This document shows, one piece after another, positions 25,071-38,559 of a DNA stretch of 64,000 nt. The stretch covers positions 1 through 64,000 of the forward strand of contig JAXLNO010005343.1 of NCBI GenBank assembly GCA_038087875.1. Direction: 5' to 3'. The stretch comes from Malacoraja senta. Taxonomy: Eukaryota. Numbering within the stretch: position 1 is the stretch's first letter; every line of letters starts with the position of its first letter. Made by a program: the position numbers and the translations under genes. The notes beneath the pieces are model-generated. The model was not told the DNA's origin and did no database searches. It saw nothing but the letters and a program-made list of their open reading frames with translations.

Positions 25071-28030
25071 AAGAAACATAGAAACATAGAAAATAGGTGC
25101 AGGAGTAGGCTATTCGGCCCTTCGAGCCTGCACCGCCATTCAATATGATCATGGCTGATCATCCAACTCAGTATCCCGTACCTGCCTTCTCTCCATACCC
25201 CCTGATCCCTTTAGCCACAAGGGCCACATCTAACACCCTCTTAAATATAGCCAATGAACTGGCCTCAACTACCCTCTGTGGCAGAGAGTTCCAGAGATTC
25301 ACCACTCTCAGTGTGAAAAAGTTTTTCCTCATCTCGGTCTTAAAGAACTTCCCCCTTATCCTTAAGCTGTGACCCCTTGTCATGGACTTCCCCAACATCG
25401 GGAACAATCTTCCTGCATCTAGCCTGTCCAACCCCATAAGAATTGTGTACGTTTCTATAAGATCCCCTCTCAATCTCCTAAATTCTAGCGAGTATAAGCC
25501 AAGTCTATCCAGTCTTTCTTCATATGAAAGTCCTGACATCCCAGGAATCAGTCTGGTGAACCTTCTTTGCACTCCCTCTATGGCTATAATGTCCTTCCTC
25601 AGATTTGGAGACCAAAACTGTACGCAATACTCCAGGTGTGGTCTCACCAAGACCCTGTACAACTGCAGTAGAACCTCCCTGCTCCTATACTCAAATCCTC
25701 TTGCTATGAAGGCCAACATACCATTCGCTTTCTTCACTGCCTGCTGCACCTGCATGCCTACTTTCAATGACTGGTGTACCATGACACCCAGGTCTCGCTG
25801 CATCTCCCCATTTCCTAATCGGCCACCATTTAGATAATAGTCTGCCTTCCCGTTTTTACCACCAAAGTGGATAACCTCACATTTATCCACATTATACTGC
25901 ATCTGCCAAACATTTGCCCACTCACCCAGCCTATCCAAGTTACCTTGCAGTCTCCTAGCAACCTCCTCACAGCTAACACTGCCCCCCCAGCTTAGTGTCA
26001 TCCGCAAACGTGGAGATGTTGCTTTCAATTCCCTCGTCCAGATCATTAATATAAATTGTAAATAGCTGGGGTCCCAGCACTGAGCCTTGCGGTACCCCAC
26101 TAGTCACTGCCTGCCAGTGAAAAGGACCCGTTTACTCCTACTCTTTGCTTCCTGTTTGCCAGCCAGTTCTCTATCCACATCAATACTGAACCCCCAATAC
26201 AGTGTGATTTAATTTGTATCCTAATCTCTTATGTGGTACCTTGTCGAAAGCCTTCTGAAAGTCCAGATACAACACATCCACTGGTTCTCCCCTATACACT
26301 CTACTAGTTACATCCTCGAAAAATTCTGTAGGATTCGTCAGACACGATTTACCTTTCGTAAATCCATGCTGACTTTGTCCAATGATTTCACCACTTTCCA
26401 AATGTGCTGCTATCCCATCTTTAATAACTGACTAGCTGTTTCCCCACTACCGATGTTAGACTAACTGTTCTGTAATTCCCCGTTTCCTCTCTCCCTCCCT
26501 TCTTAAAAAGTGGGGTTACGTTTGCTACCCTCCAATCCTCAGGAACTACTCCAGAATCTAAAGAGTTTTGAAAAATTATCACTAATGCATCCACTATTTC
26601 TGGAGCTACTTCCTTAAGTACTCTGGGATGCAGCCTATCTGGCCCTGGTGATTTATCGGCCTTTAATCCATTCAATTTACCCAACACCACTTCCCGACTA
26701 ACCTGGATTTCACTCACTTCCTCCATCTCCTTTGACACGCGGCCCTCTGCTATTTCCGGCAGATAATTTATGTCTTCCTTAGTGAAGACGGAACCAAAGT
26801 AGTTATTCAATTGGTCCGCCATATCCTTGTTCCCCATGATCAATGCACCTGTTTCTGACTGCAAGGGACCTACATTTCTTTTAACTAATCTCTTTCTCTT
26901 CACATATCTATAAAAACTTTTGCAGTCAGTTTTTATGTTCCCTGCCAATTTCCTTTCATAATCTATTTTCCCTTTCCTAATTAAGCCCTTTGTCCTCCTC
27001 TGCTAGTCTCTGAATTTCTCCCAGTCCTCTGGTATGCTGCTTTTTCTGTCTAATTTGTACGCATCATCTTTTGCTTTGATACTATCCCTGATTTCCCTTG
27101 TTATCCACGGATGCACTACCTTCCCTGATTTATTCTTTTGCCAAACTGGGATGAACAATTTTTGTAGTTCATCCATGCAGTCTTTAAATGCCTTCCATTG
27201 CATATCCACCGTCAACCCTTTTAGAACTAATTGCCAGTCAATCTTGGCCAATTCACGTCTCATACCCTCAAAGTTACCCTCCTTTAAGTTCAGAACCGTT
27301 GTTTCTGAATTAACAATGTCACTCTCCATCCTAATGAAGAACTCAACCATATTATGGTCACCCTTGCCCAAGGGGGCACGCACAACAAGACTGCTAACTA
27401 ACCCTTCCTCATTACTCAATACCCAGTCTAGAATAGCCTGCTCTCTCGTTGGTTCATCTACATGTTGGTTTAGATAACTATCCCTCATACATTCCAAGAA
27501 ATCCTCTTCCTCAGCAGCCCTGCCAATTTGATTCACCCAATCTATATGTAGATTGAAGTCACCCATTATAACTATTTTGCCTTTGTTGCACGCATTTCTA
27601 ATTTCCTGTTTGATGCCATCCCCAACTTCACTACTACTGCTAGGTGGCCTGTACACAACACCCACCCGCGTTTTCTGCCCCTTAGTGTTTCGCAGCTCTA
27701 CCCATACCGATTCCACATCCTCCAAGCGAATGTCCTTCCTTTCCACTGCGTTAATCTCCTCTCTAACCAGCAACGCTACCCCACCTCCTTTTCCTTTCTC
27801 TCTATCCCTCCTGAATATTGAATATCCCTGGATGTTCAGCTCCCAGCCTTGGTCACCCTGGAGCCATGTCTCCGTGATCCCAACTATATCATAATAATTA
27901 ATTGCTATCTGCACGTTCAACTCATCCACCTTATTACGAATGCTCCTTGCATTGAGACACAAAGCCTTCAGGCTTGTTTTTACAACGCTCTTACCCCTTA
28001 TACAATTATGTTGAAAAGTGGCTCTTTTTG
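25071..28030 (-). mobile_element. CR1 LINE (EN + RT, frameshifted), inverted relative to the copy at 22446
   Basis: EN CLNARSIRNKVDEL...GITETWL (27003-27962), RT fragments, (ctatgttt)n tail. Confidence 0.97.
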
Positions 28031-28444
28031 ATTGTTGACCTTTCTTTCACAGCAGAGACATGGTAATGCATTGTGCAACATGTTCCATTTGACCAAGTCT
28101 TTCGAACAGAACAGTTAGCTCTATTTCTCTTTGTCCAGATCATACTTTACTTACATGCTGCTTTCAGCAATTCCTGAGTGAATTTCGGACTTCCTAGGAC
28201 ATGATTTTCATGGTTCAGTATGCCTTTTCGGGATGTGGTTCTGTTGTTATCGTCGCTCTTGATTTGTAAATGCAGGTATTACTCGATTGTTCTTTTGTTT
28301 TCATCTTCTTACTGACCTACACCCTCTGTGATCAACACCCGTATATCGAACGCACATCCACATTCACGCATCTTTTAAAAGTGTGATTAATTGTGTCTGT
28401 CCTCGTCTGTTATGGGATTAATTTTTGATTTTCTTCTGCTACAG

Positions 28445-28764
28445 TTGCCGTTGATGCTCACTACCAAGTCGGTCAATCTCCTTTGAGCAAACACGTGATC
28501 ATATATTCAAATTCACTCTCTATTGCATTATTGAACTATCGCAAAATAGTCCACCTGTGGAATTTTATTGGTGGAAACTTGGCGAACAGAACTCTCTGCA
28601 AACAGCCTCTGACAGTAGGAAGATATCTGTTCGTTTTAAACAAGGTGGAGCCTCCTTGCATATATTGAATATCCGTTCAGATGATGCTGGAGTCTATACT
28701 GCGGAATGGGAATCCAGGGAAGTGAAATTGTTTAATGGATCTGGCTCCAGAATCAAAGTCTTCG
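28445..28764 (+). CDS. Exon 2, V-set Ig domain with joined J-like strand (three 1-nt indels as assembled)
   Basis: AVDAHYQVGQSP...N(F)TLYC...EFYWWKLGE...ASLHILNIRSDDAGVY(Y)CGMGIQGSEIVNGSGSRIKVF. Shows the B-strand Cys, C-strand Trp, DxGxYxC and GxG motifs. Acceptor cttctgctacag, donor g|gtatgt. Confidence 0.9.
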
Positions 28765-29654
28765 GTATGTGTGACAGTAAAAGCAAATGTGCTGCAATAC
28801 GGTGATTTTATTCTATTATTGTTCAATTCTATAATTCTGGAAAGCAATGTGGCCAGGTTTTCCATTCGAAGTACCCATGTTCTTTGTAATATTGTGTCTT
28901 AAGATCCCAGGACAACTGTTTAATTGGTTGGTTTGTTTGCTGCTAATATGAGGACGTTGCTCCAAATTCGCCGAATCGTAGATTCCAACACAGTTACTAT
29001 CTTGAGCAGTACTTTCCGAGGCTGATTAATGCGATCTAATATCTGCACTGGGTGGGAGGTATAAAGCTGGAAGAGAGAGGAGGGGCAGGAGAAAACTTTG
29101 GTTGTAATAGACCGGCACAGTTGGGAAGCATTTATTTGGACCATTTTATTTCCAACTGCCGGTGCGGCATCAACCGTCGCCCTGTTACGGTCACTTCTCC
29201 CGTCTCAACATTGCCCGTCATCATGGACCCGCCCTGCTGGCCTTCTACCCTAGCTGGATCTTTTTTTTTTAATATCCAACGCGTTATGAAATTGCCCGGA
29301 GCGGTATCTAACGTCTCCTCCTCTCTCCCGAGTAAACATAAATGGCTAAACCTGATATTCCTATGTGTTTTTTCAAATTTACCAATTAATTTGTTCTTAC
29401 TTCAAGAAAACTAAGTAATATATGGTGCTCAGTCTGGAGATTTGAAAAACAGAGCATATCCGTAAAGTTGCGAGTTAGTTAAAGATAAACTGACCATTTT
29501 TGTAAAAAAATTCAACAGAGGGTAGCAAATTCACACTCTTCGAAAAAAACGGGCAACAAATGGAAGCACTAAAAAAAGTTTTCATTCTTCTCAGATGCTT
29601 GCTGTCAAGTTTTCTCATTAAGGCTTTTATTTTTAAAGGACGTGTACAGAATCA

Positions 29655-30870
29655 GATTGCACGGCTGATGACGACTGCATTCCTGCTACCTCCTGCACCC
29701 ATGCAGAACTCACTGACTTCATCCGTTTCACCACCAACTTCCATACGGCACTCAAATTCACCTGGACAATTTCCGACATCTCCCTACCGTTTCTAGACCT
29801 CATTATCTCCGTCGCAGGCAACTGACTACTGACCGAAATCTACTACAAACCCACTGACTCCCATGGCTATCTGGACTACACTTCTTCACACCCTGCTTTC
29901 TGTAAGGACTCTCCTACTCCCAATTCCTCCGTCTACGCCGCATCTGCACCCAGGATGAGGTGTTCCAAACCAGGGCATCGGAGATGTCCTCATTCTTTAT
30001 GAAACGTGGGTTCCCGTCTTCGACTATAGATGAGGCTCTCACCAGGGTCTCCTCCATATCCCGTAGCTCCGCTCTCACACCCCCCCCCCCACGCATAACA
30101 AGGACAGAGTCCCCCTTGTCCTCACCTTCCACCCTACCAAACATCACGTACAACAGATAATCCTCTGACATTTTTCGCCACCTCCAATGGGATCCCACCA
30201 CTGGCCACATCTTCCCATCTTCTCCCCTTTTGGCTTTCTGCAGCGACCGCTCCCTCCGTAATGCCCTGGTCAATTCGTCCCTTCCCACCCCCTCCCCTGG
30301 AACTCCTCCCTTGCAACTGCAGGAAATGCTACACTTGTCGCTTTAACCTCTCCCCCCCCCCAACTCCATCCAAGGACCAAAGCAGTCTTTCCAGGTGAGG
30401 TAGAGGTTCACCTGCACCTCCTCCAACTTCATCTATTGCATCCGCTGTTCCAGGTGTCAACTACTTTACATCGGTGAGGCCAATCGCAGGTTTGGCGATC
30501 GCTTCGCCCTCCACCTCCACTCAGTTCACATTAATCAACCTGATCAGCACTGCAACTGCCCCTCCCATTCAGAATCCGACCTTTCTGTCTGGGCCTCCTC
30601 CATGGCCAGAGTGAGTCCCACCGCAAATTAGAGGAGAAGCATCTCATATAATGTTTGGGTAGTTTACACCCCATCGGTTTGAAAGTTGACTTCTCCAATT
30701 TCAGGTATTCCTTGCTTTATCCCCTTCCCAGCTCTCCCACAGCCTCTGTATCCGACTCTTCCTTTCTTCTTCCCACCCCCCACATCAGTCTGAAGAAGGG
30801 TCTCGACCCGAAACGTCACCTCCACAGATGCTGCCTCACCCGTTAAGTTTCTCCAACATTTTTGTCCACC
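29655..30870 (+). mobile_element. Penelope-like element (RT C-terminus, GIY-YIG, terminal repeat) in the V-C1 intron
   Basis: DDCI...LPFLDL...YYKPTDSHGYLDYTSSHP; NFIYCIRCSRCQLLYIGE; hammerhead tail. Confidence 0.9.
30785..30822 (+). ncRNA. Best-preserved minimal hammerhead ribozyme motif
   Basis: CTGAAGA-a-GGGT(CTCG)ACCC-GAAAC-GTC, with the GUC cleavage triplet at 30815-30817. Confidence 0.7.
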
Positions 30871-30956
30871 TACGATTTATGTTGATAATATCCGAAAAAA
30901 ACAGCCGCGTAGTTGTTTTTCGGATCACAAATACATTTTCTGCTTTACATTTGCAG

Positions 30957-31259
30957 TTCCATCAGCTCAGCTCAGAACCTCCAAACTGCCTGATCAAAAC
31001 ACCACATTGAATCTCTTGTGTAAAGCGGCTGAATTTTACCCGGAGTCACTTAACCTTACTTGGTACCGAAATGGCATTGAGATTTTCGTGGACATACACA
31101 CAACGGTAAAACTGACTATGAATGGATTATATGAAGTTTCCAGTCATTTAAAGGAAACAAGGACACTCCAGGGCGGGTTGGTCTATACTTGCCAAGTGGC
31201 GCACCTCACTCTTCCTACTCCACTGACTGCAACGTAACATGTTCCGGATTCCAAAACAA
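30957..31259 (+). CDS. Exon 3, C1-set Ig domain (TAA at 31235-31237)
   Basis: VPSA...LNLLCKAAEFYPESLNLTWYRNG...NGLYEVSSHL...YTCQVAHLTL, with the C1 signatures FYP, LTW and YxCxVxH. 303 nt, phase 1-1. Confidence 0.92.
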
Positions 31260-31404
31260 GTAACGTAGAAAACTTTAGAAGGTTCGATTGTAGCGGATCA
31301 GAGAGTCGTGTTTGGAGAGCGAAGTGGCTTCGATGGAGAGGATGATTGCTAAGTTGCAAAAGTATTGTTAATTCTATCTTGCTTACTGCCTTAATTCTAT
31401 TGTT

Positions 31405-33308
31405 AAAACATAGAAACATAGAAACATAGAAAATAGAAAGTCGGCCATTCGGCCCTTCGAGCCTGCACCGCCATTCAATATGATCATGGCTGATCATCCA
31501 ACTCAGTATCCTGTACCTGCCTTCTCCCCATACCCCCTGATCCCTTTAGCCACAAGGGCCACATCGAACTCCTTCTTAAATATAGCCAATGAACTGGCCT
31601 CAACCTACTTTCTGTGGCAGAGAATTCCACAGATTCACCACTCTCTGTGTGAAAAAAAAAATTCTCATCGCGGTCCGAAAGGACTTCCCCCTTATCCTTA
31701 AACTGTGACCCCTTGTTCTGGACTTCCCCAACATCAGGAACAATCTTCCTGCATTTAGCCTGTCCAACCCCTGAAGAATTTTGTAAGTTTCTATAAGATC
31801 CCCGCTCAATCTTCTAAATTCTAGCGAGTACAAGCCGAGTCTATCCAGTCTTTCTTCATATGAAAGTCCTACCATCCCAGGAATCAGTCTGGTGAACCTT
31901 CTTTGTACTCCCTCTATGGCAAGAATGTCTTTCCACAGATTAGGAGCCCCATACTGTACGCAATACTCCAGGTGTGGTCTCACCAAGGCCCTATACAACT
32001 GCATTAGAACCTCCCTGCTCTTATACTCAAATCCTTTTGCTATGAATGCTAACATACCATTGGCTTTCTTCACTGCCTGCTGCACCTGCATGCCTACTTT
32101 CAATTGACTGGTGTACCATGACACCAGGTCTCGTTGCATCTCCCCTTTTTCTAATCGGCTACCATCCAGATAATAGTCTACTTTCCTGTTCTTGCCACCA
32201 AAGTGGATAACCTCACATTTATCCACATTATACTGCACCTGCCCACTCACCCAACCTATCCAAGTCACCTACCAACTTCCTAGCATCCTCCTCACAGCTA
32301 ACACTGCCCCCCAGTTTCGTGTCATCCGCAAACGTGGAGATGTTGCATTCAATTCCCTCGTCCAAATCATTAATATATAGTAAATCATTAATCATTAAAT
32401 CATTAATCATTAGTAAATAGCTGGGGTCCCAGCCCTGAGCCTTGCGGTACCCCTTGCCTGCCATTCTGAAACGGACCCGGTTTACTCCTACTCTTTGCTT
32501 CCTGTCTGCCAGCCAGTTCTCTATCCACATCAATAAGGAACCCCCAATGACGTGTGCTTTAAGTTTGCATACTAATCTCTTATGTGGGATCTTGTCGAAA
32601 GCCTTCTGAAAGTCCAGATATAACACATCCACTGGTTCTCCCTTATCCGCTCTAGTAGTTACATCCTTGAAAATGTCTATAAGATTCGTCAGACATGATT
32701 TACCTTTCATAAATCCATGCTGACTTCGTCCAATGAATTCACCATTTTTCCAAGCATTTTCCCCACTACCGATGTTAGACTAACTGGTCTGTAATTCCCC
32801 GTTTTCTCTCTCCGTCCCTTTTTAAAAAGTGGGGTTACATTAGCTACCCTCCAATCCTCAAGAACTACTCCAAAATCTAAAGAGTTTTGAAAAATTATCA
32901 CTAATGCATCCACTATTTCTGGGGCTACTTCCTTAAGCACTCTGGGATGCAGCCTATCTGGCCCTTGGGATTTACCGGCCTTTCATCCATTCAATTTACC
33001 TAACACCACTTCCCGACTAACCTGGATTTCACTCAGTTCCTCCATCCCATTTGACCCCCGGTCCTCTGCTATTTCCGGCAGATTATTTATGTCTTCCTTA
33101 GTGAAGACAGAACCAAAGTAGTTATTCAATTGGACTGCCATGTCCTTGTTCCGCATGATCAATTCACCCGTTTCTGACTGCAAGGGACTGCATTTGTTTT
33201 AACTAATCTTTTTCTCTTCACATAATCTATGAAATCTTTTGCAGTCAGTTTTTATGTTCCCTGCCAGTTTTTTTTCATAATCTATTTTCCCTTTCCTAAT
33301 TAAGCCCT
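31405..33308 (-). mobile_element. CR1 LINE, 5'-truncated, frameshifted
   Basis: RT motifs in ORFs 31600-33183; (ctatgttt)n tail. Confidence 0.95.
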
Positions 33309-33445
33309 AAAGTTAACTGCGTGGATTTCAGATTGTACTAAATTGTAGTTGGAGCAGATAAAGCCCTTAACCGACATGGTTTGTTCCATTTAGAGTATTA
33401 AGTAAATTTACAGTAAGTACAATACGTATCAGGAGAGATGGGCAC

Positions 33446-33600
33446 GTGCAATGTTTCTCCTGCGCTTTGTGGGAGACCAGCAACAAGTCTAATGTCGCTC
33501 GCGGCCATTCCTTCAGGAAATGCATTAAACATCAGATTCTGACTTACGTTGTTGCGCATCTGGTATTTAGGATGGATCGCTGTGCAGCATCCGCGGTGCT
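33446..33600 (+). mobile_element. CR1 ORF1 N-terminal Cys-motif remnant
   Basis: QCFSCALWE...HSFRKCIKHQIL resembles the CxxCxMWE...CxKC start of fish/shark CR1 ORF1. Confidence 0.45.
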
Positions 33601-33739
33601 TTCGACACTATGGATAGCTTGTTTCATCGTGTGACCAATATAGATCGCTTTCGAAAAAAGACGTTTGGTGCCCAATGGCCAAAGTAGTAGCACAATTGGG
33701 AAGTGTGGATGTGCATTGACTTTGGACTTTAGAAATTTT

Positions 33740-34030
33740 AAGGAGCAAGACCCCTGAAGTTGTTTAATGGAGAGTACCACTTGCGAATGAATATAGGAAT
33801 GGGAGGATAGATCAGGAGAATACTTGGCTAAATATATAGTTGAAAGTTGAGATCTTAAGGGAGATCTGAAGTGCTTTGCCAGTGGTGGTGTTGGAGGTAC
33901 ATGGAAGAACAGGCAATAGAGGAATATGGGCCATGTACAGGGAGAATTGTTCGGTTTGACGGCATCTTTATCACATTGCGGCCCGATGGGCCCGTTCACG
34001 TGCTGTACTATTCTATGGTCTATGCTCTAT
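33740..34030 (+). mobile_element. Degenerate CR1 3' end
   Basis: gggccatgtacagg...gggcccgttcacgtgctgtactattctatgg tail. Confidence 0.6.
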
Positions 34031-34589
34031 AGAATAACAATCACTTTGATGATAAACTGTAAATGTATTAGCCCTACTATCAAACGTGTTATCGGGTGTT
34101 TGCGTCACAGATGTAGGCAAATCGGGATGATTTAAGATTAATACTATGTTAGTAGTTGGAGATTTCAAGTAGTGCAATATCATTTCGAAAATGTTTAGTG
34201 TTAAAGACGAATTGTTCCAGAATGACATTCTGAGCTAGAATGCACGTAATCCAACTGTGACGATACTGCACAGAATCTTAGGGCAATTTAAGGTAATTAT
34301 ACGGTCCAGTGGTTGGGGACAACCTTTTCGATAGCGTCCATTACTTAGGTTTCAGGTTAAGTCCATGGATCGGGATTACAATCGTCTGGAAATTGAGATG
34401 GTGAATAGGGAAGGTGGCAAATTTATCGTAATATATGACTTGTCAAATTGAAACTGTATTTACGGTTAGGCCTACAGGGCTGAATCCTGTACATATGAAA
34501 CACCGATAGTTGATGGCCAACGTGTACATTTAAGGGAGGAAGGAAATGGCAACGTCCAGGGTTATCAGACTGTTTGATGATAAAATGAT

Positions 34590-35410
34590 ACAATGATACA
34601 ATTTATTTGTTGTCATTTGAACCTCATTGAGGTCAAACGAAATTTGGTTTCTGCAGTCACATAAACAAGTAGAAGAACCAAGACACAACACAATTTACAC
34701 AAACATCCATCACAGCGAATCTCCTCCTCGCTGTGATGGAAGGCAAAGTATTATCTCTCCCCTGCACTCCCCATTCTCCTCCCGATGTCAGAGTTAAAGC
34801 CCCCGGCGGGCGATGGTAAATAAGTCCCGCGGCCATTAAAGTCGCACCGGGCGATGCAAGGCCACGCTCCGGGTCTTGATGTTGGAGCTCCCGGTGGGCG
34901 CTAGCAAGTCCCGCGGCCATTAAAGCTGCGCCGGGCGATGTGAGGCCCCGCCCCAAGTCATCCTCAACCCCGCAACTCGGGCTGGAGAAGTCGCCGTTGC
35001 GGAAGCCCCGAAAAGGGGTCTCCCACCAGGAACCCGCGGGCTCCCGATGTTACCGTCCACCAGACCAGCGGCTGGAGCCTCCGAATCTCCGGGGTCCGGC
35101 CGCGCGCCCACCACAGCTCCTCCCGTTCCGAACTCGGCCAGCTCCATGATGGTGAGTAGTCCGCAGGCTCCGCGACTGGAGCCCTAGGTCGTTCCGGTTG
35201 GAGGCCGCTCCACTGTACAAGACCCCAACGACAACGGAGACCCGACAGATAAGAGGTCGGGTCTTCCGTACAGGTAAAAGATTTTAAAAGTTCCCCGCTC
35301 CCCCCACCCCCCGCCACCCCCCTCACACATACCCAGTTAAAAACAAACACTATAACTACACTTAAACGAGACAAAAAAAAAGGTAGACGGACTGCAGAGG
35401 GCGCTGGCGA
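34590..35410 (-). mobile_element. GC-rich non-coding retroposon-like element with (atcattgt)n tail and internal subrepeats
   Basis: Simple-repeat tail with AATAAA on the minus strand; duplicated aagtcccgcggccattaaag; shares a block with the MITE interior at about 7985-8035. Confidence 0.55.
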
Positions 35411-36479
35411 CGTGAGTGAAGATTAAGGGGAAAAGCAAGCACATGAAATCAGGCGGGGCAATTTTTTTGAAATTTCGTTGAACTATTATTCTTTATTATG
35501 TTATCTAAGAGAATTATGTTTACAACCCTATTACTTTGCTGCAACTAAGAATTACATTGGCGCGTTCTTTTCGGTACATATGACAATTCAACATGCTTGG
35601 CGCTTACTCTCTTGACCCTTGTTGAAGAATAATTGCTCCATTAGAATTCAGGATCGCACAGCTCTTTCGATGTACCTGAGGGAGATCAACATCAATGCAT
35701 GCTGCATTCAATAATCCCTTTTATACTTTGAGATTGAGGTCTGCCTACTGAATGGGACAAACTTCAGTGTCACTGATCTCTCAGGCAATCAACGCTCATC
35801 TTTTAGTTGTCAGATCCCCTCCTTTTACTGCAAGGTAATTTAGTTTCAAAATTCCACACCTTACCGATTCCACATGCATTTACAGATCTGCCCATTTCCA
35901 TCATCTCGATGCCAATATGCAATATGGACATGTTGTGATTGCCATTTGAGTAGGTGATAATTTTACGCGCCAGCGATTGTTCCTCCCAATGTTATAACCA
36001 CGTTTACATGTTTTCTCATTGAGTTCCGCTTCACAGCTTCCTCGATACTTTGTCGGTTCAGGCGGTTTATCCAGTAATGGTGATTGTGGGCGGCTTCGCA
36101 CCTTGTGCAATAAATCCACAAAGTGGGCTAACCTCAGCACAATCTTATCTTCGCTTTGAAAATCCAACAGCCTCCGATAGATTCAACCGTTCAGGCTCAT
36201 TTGTGATATTTATTCAATATCATTTATCAACATTTTAAAGGAAAGCTGCTAATTTCAAATATATATCTATTCTTAATTAGTTATATTGTTTTCCCATGGT
36301 GCGTTTCATCTTAGTGCTGTGAATATCGCTGATTTTCCCTTCGGCTAACATAAATCGAAGATTATTTTTTTTAATCCAACAAACTAGTTTTGTAACTTAT
36401 CTTTCAATTTAACGCATCAACCTACATTTGCCACATCTCTCAGACACCGTTATTTCGTTTTGCTTATAAAATGTTTTTG

Positions 36480-36700
36480 TGGAAGGGCCTTAGAGCACTG
36501 GACACGCGGATTCCATCCTCACTACGGGTGCTGCCTGTGGAGAGTTTGTACCTTATCCCTGTGACTGTGTGGGTTTTCTCCGGGTGCTCCAGTTCCTACT
36601 GCATTGCCTAGGCGTACAAATTGGGTAGGTTAATTGGCTTTTGTAAATTATCCTCAGTGTGCAGGAGAGAATTAGTGTACTCGCGATTTTATTTAGCTGT
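36480..36700 (+). mobile_element. V-SINE (HE1-like)
   Basis: V-domain gagtttgtacc..tgggttttctccgggtgctccagtt. Confidence 0.75.
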
Positions 36701-36837
36701 ATCTCGAAAGTAAACTAAACTAAATATTTGCAAATATTCGTAAAATATTTAACTTAAGTATCAGTACAATTAATCTGTCTTGGTCTGGACCTGGCAGTTA
36801 ATTTCAGTTATATGTTTTTGATTCTTTTATTTTACAG

Positions 36838-36945
36838 ACAATAATTCGAACTATTTTCTTATTTATGGATGCGCAACGGGTGGAATTATATTTATTCTTC
36901 TGCTTATCATTACGATGGTGTATCGACACATCAAGAGAAGTAAAC
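36838..36945 (+). CDS. Exon 4, transmembrane exon
   Basis: Strong acceptor (ttcttttattttacag); NNSNYFLIYGCATGGIIFILLLIITMVYRHIKRSK; donor c|gtgagc; 108 nt, phase 1-1; no charged residue in the TM segment. Confidence 0.88.
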
Positions 36946-37774
36946 GTGAGCATCTAATCAATCGGCTTGTATTTATTCTGTTTCGTATGTTTTAAAAATT
37001 GCCATAAGTGTGTTAGGGTTTTACTCCACTTTATGGCAACGTCGTAATGGGGGAATTATGTGCCTGAGCCATACCCTAAATCTAGCTTTCATGTCCTTGA
37101 ATTGCCCTCCTAATTACGGCGCAGATTGGGACATACACCAAGAATATTGATTAGAGCAGTGGTGAGTTTCTCAAACAAGTCGGTTTATTCAAGGCATTAA
37201 CAGCATATGCTGTAAAACAATCTGAGAAAACGCAAGGTGTTCCAATTATTCTCAGCACCCGCAGGCTTTACACTCTCAACACGATGGTTCAATGCGGGCT
37301 TTACGTACTTGAAATAATTTAGGAATGACCAACGATTCTTTGCAACTTTCATCCTTTATTCACAGATTAATTTTCAATCTTCTCTTGCCTGGTTAGGGTC
37401 AGGGCTAATTTGGTTAGGATCAGTATTATTGCACTCAGCCTGATTTACAATCCACTGTGTTTATCTTTACACCACCATGCCATCTAAAAACTCTGTAAAC
37501 GTCTATTCATTGCCTCTCCTAGCACGACCTTTCAGTTATCTTCGCACAGTTGTTCTATCTTTCAACATTTTTTCTTGGTAACCGGACCGAGCTGCCATGG
37601 GAGATGGTAGGGGCACGTAAGATAACAACATTTAAAATACATTTGGACAACTACATGTATATGAAAGGTTTACATAGATACGACCAAATGCGTGCAAGAG
37701 CGACTAGCGTGGTTGCGGCATTTTGGTCGTCAGCAGCAAGTTGAGTCGAAGGTCTGTTTCCGTGTTTAGATTTT

Positions 37775-38075
37775 AGAGTTTAGACATACAGCACAGAAAC
37801 TGGCCGTTCGGCCCACCGACTTAGCGCCGAACAGCGATCCCCGCATATTAACTCTATCCTACACATACTAGGGACAATTTACAATTTTACCAAGCTAATT
37901 AACCTATAAACCTGTACGTCTTTGGGATGTGGGAGGAAACCGGAGCTCCAGGAGAAAACCCACGCAGGTCACAGGGAGAAACTACAAACTCCGTACAAGC
38001 AGCACCCATAGTTAGGATCAAATCCGGGTCTTTGTCGCTGTAAGGCAGCAACACAACCGATGCGCCAACGTGCGT
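37775..38075 (-). mobile_element. Full-length V-SINE (tRNA head, V-domain, CR1-type tail)
   Basis: The reverse complement shows a tRNA-like head, cgtgggttttctcctggagctccggtttcctccca, and the CR1 tail. Confidence 0.85.
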
Positions 38076-38559
38076 ATAGAGTCACACAAGAAATAGTTTT
38101 CTATGGCTCTATAACTCCACGACTCTTTGTTTCTCTAACTATACTCTAACATATTAATTAATATATATTCTGGGCATGCCCAGTCATTCGCCGTTTGATG
38201 ATATACATCCAAACATATGCCCATTGTTTGCTCGTCAATCATCTAGCCCGGTCTGGAGCATTGTGTACTTTTATTCAAGCTGGTATGGGACTAATCTTGT
38301 ATTCTTCAACTGGTGTGAGGCATGGAGCATAACTCATATTATACATGCTCCCAGAGGTACATGGTATATTTGATCCCTTTGCCTAGCTGTAGTCAGTGAT
38401 CGTAGGTTGCGATCATTTCGCATATCTTGACTCCACTGCTTTAGTGGTTGAGTCGATATCCAATTTATCACCTCACACATGCTCCCTATGTTCTTGCTGA
38501 AAGAATATTACTCACTCTGTCCATCATTATTTGTTGATATAACAATAGACGCAACGCAA

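Noticed and set aside
31260-36837. A second C1 exon as in mammalian SIRPs
   Set aside because: No Cys/Trp Ig pattern was found by eye; the interval is mostly repeats.
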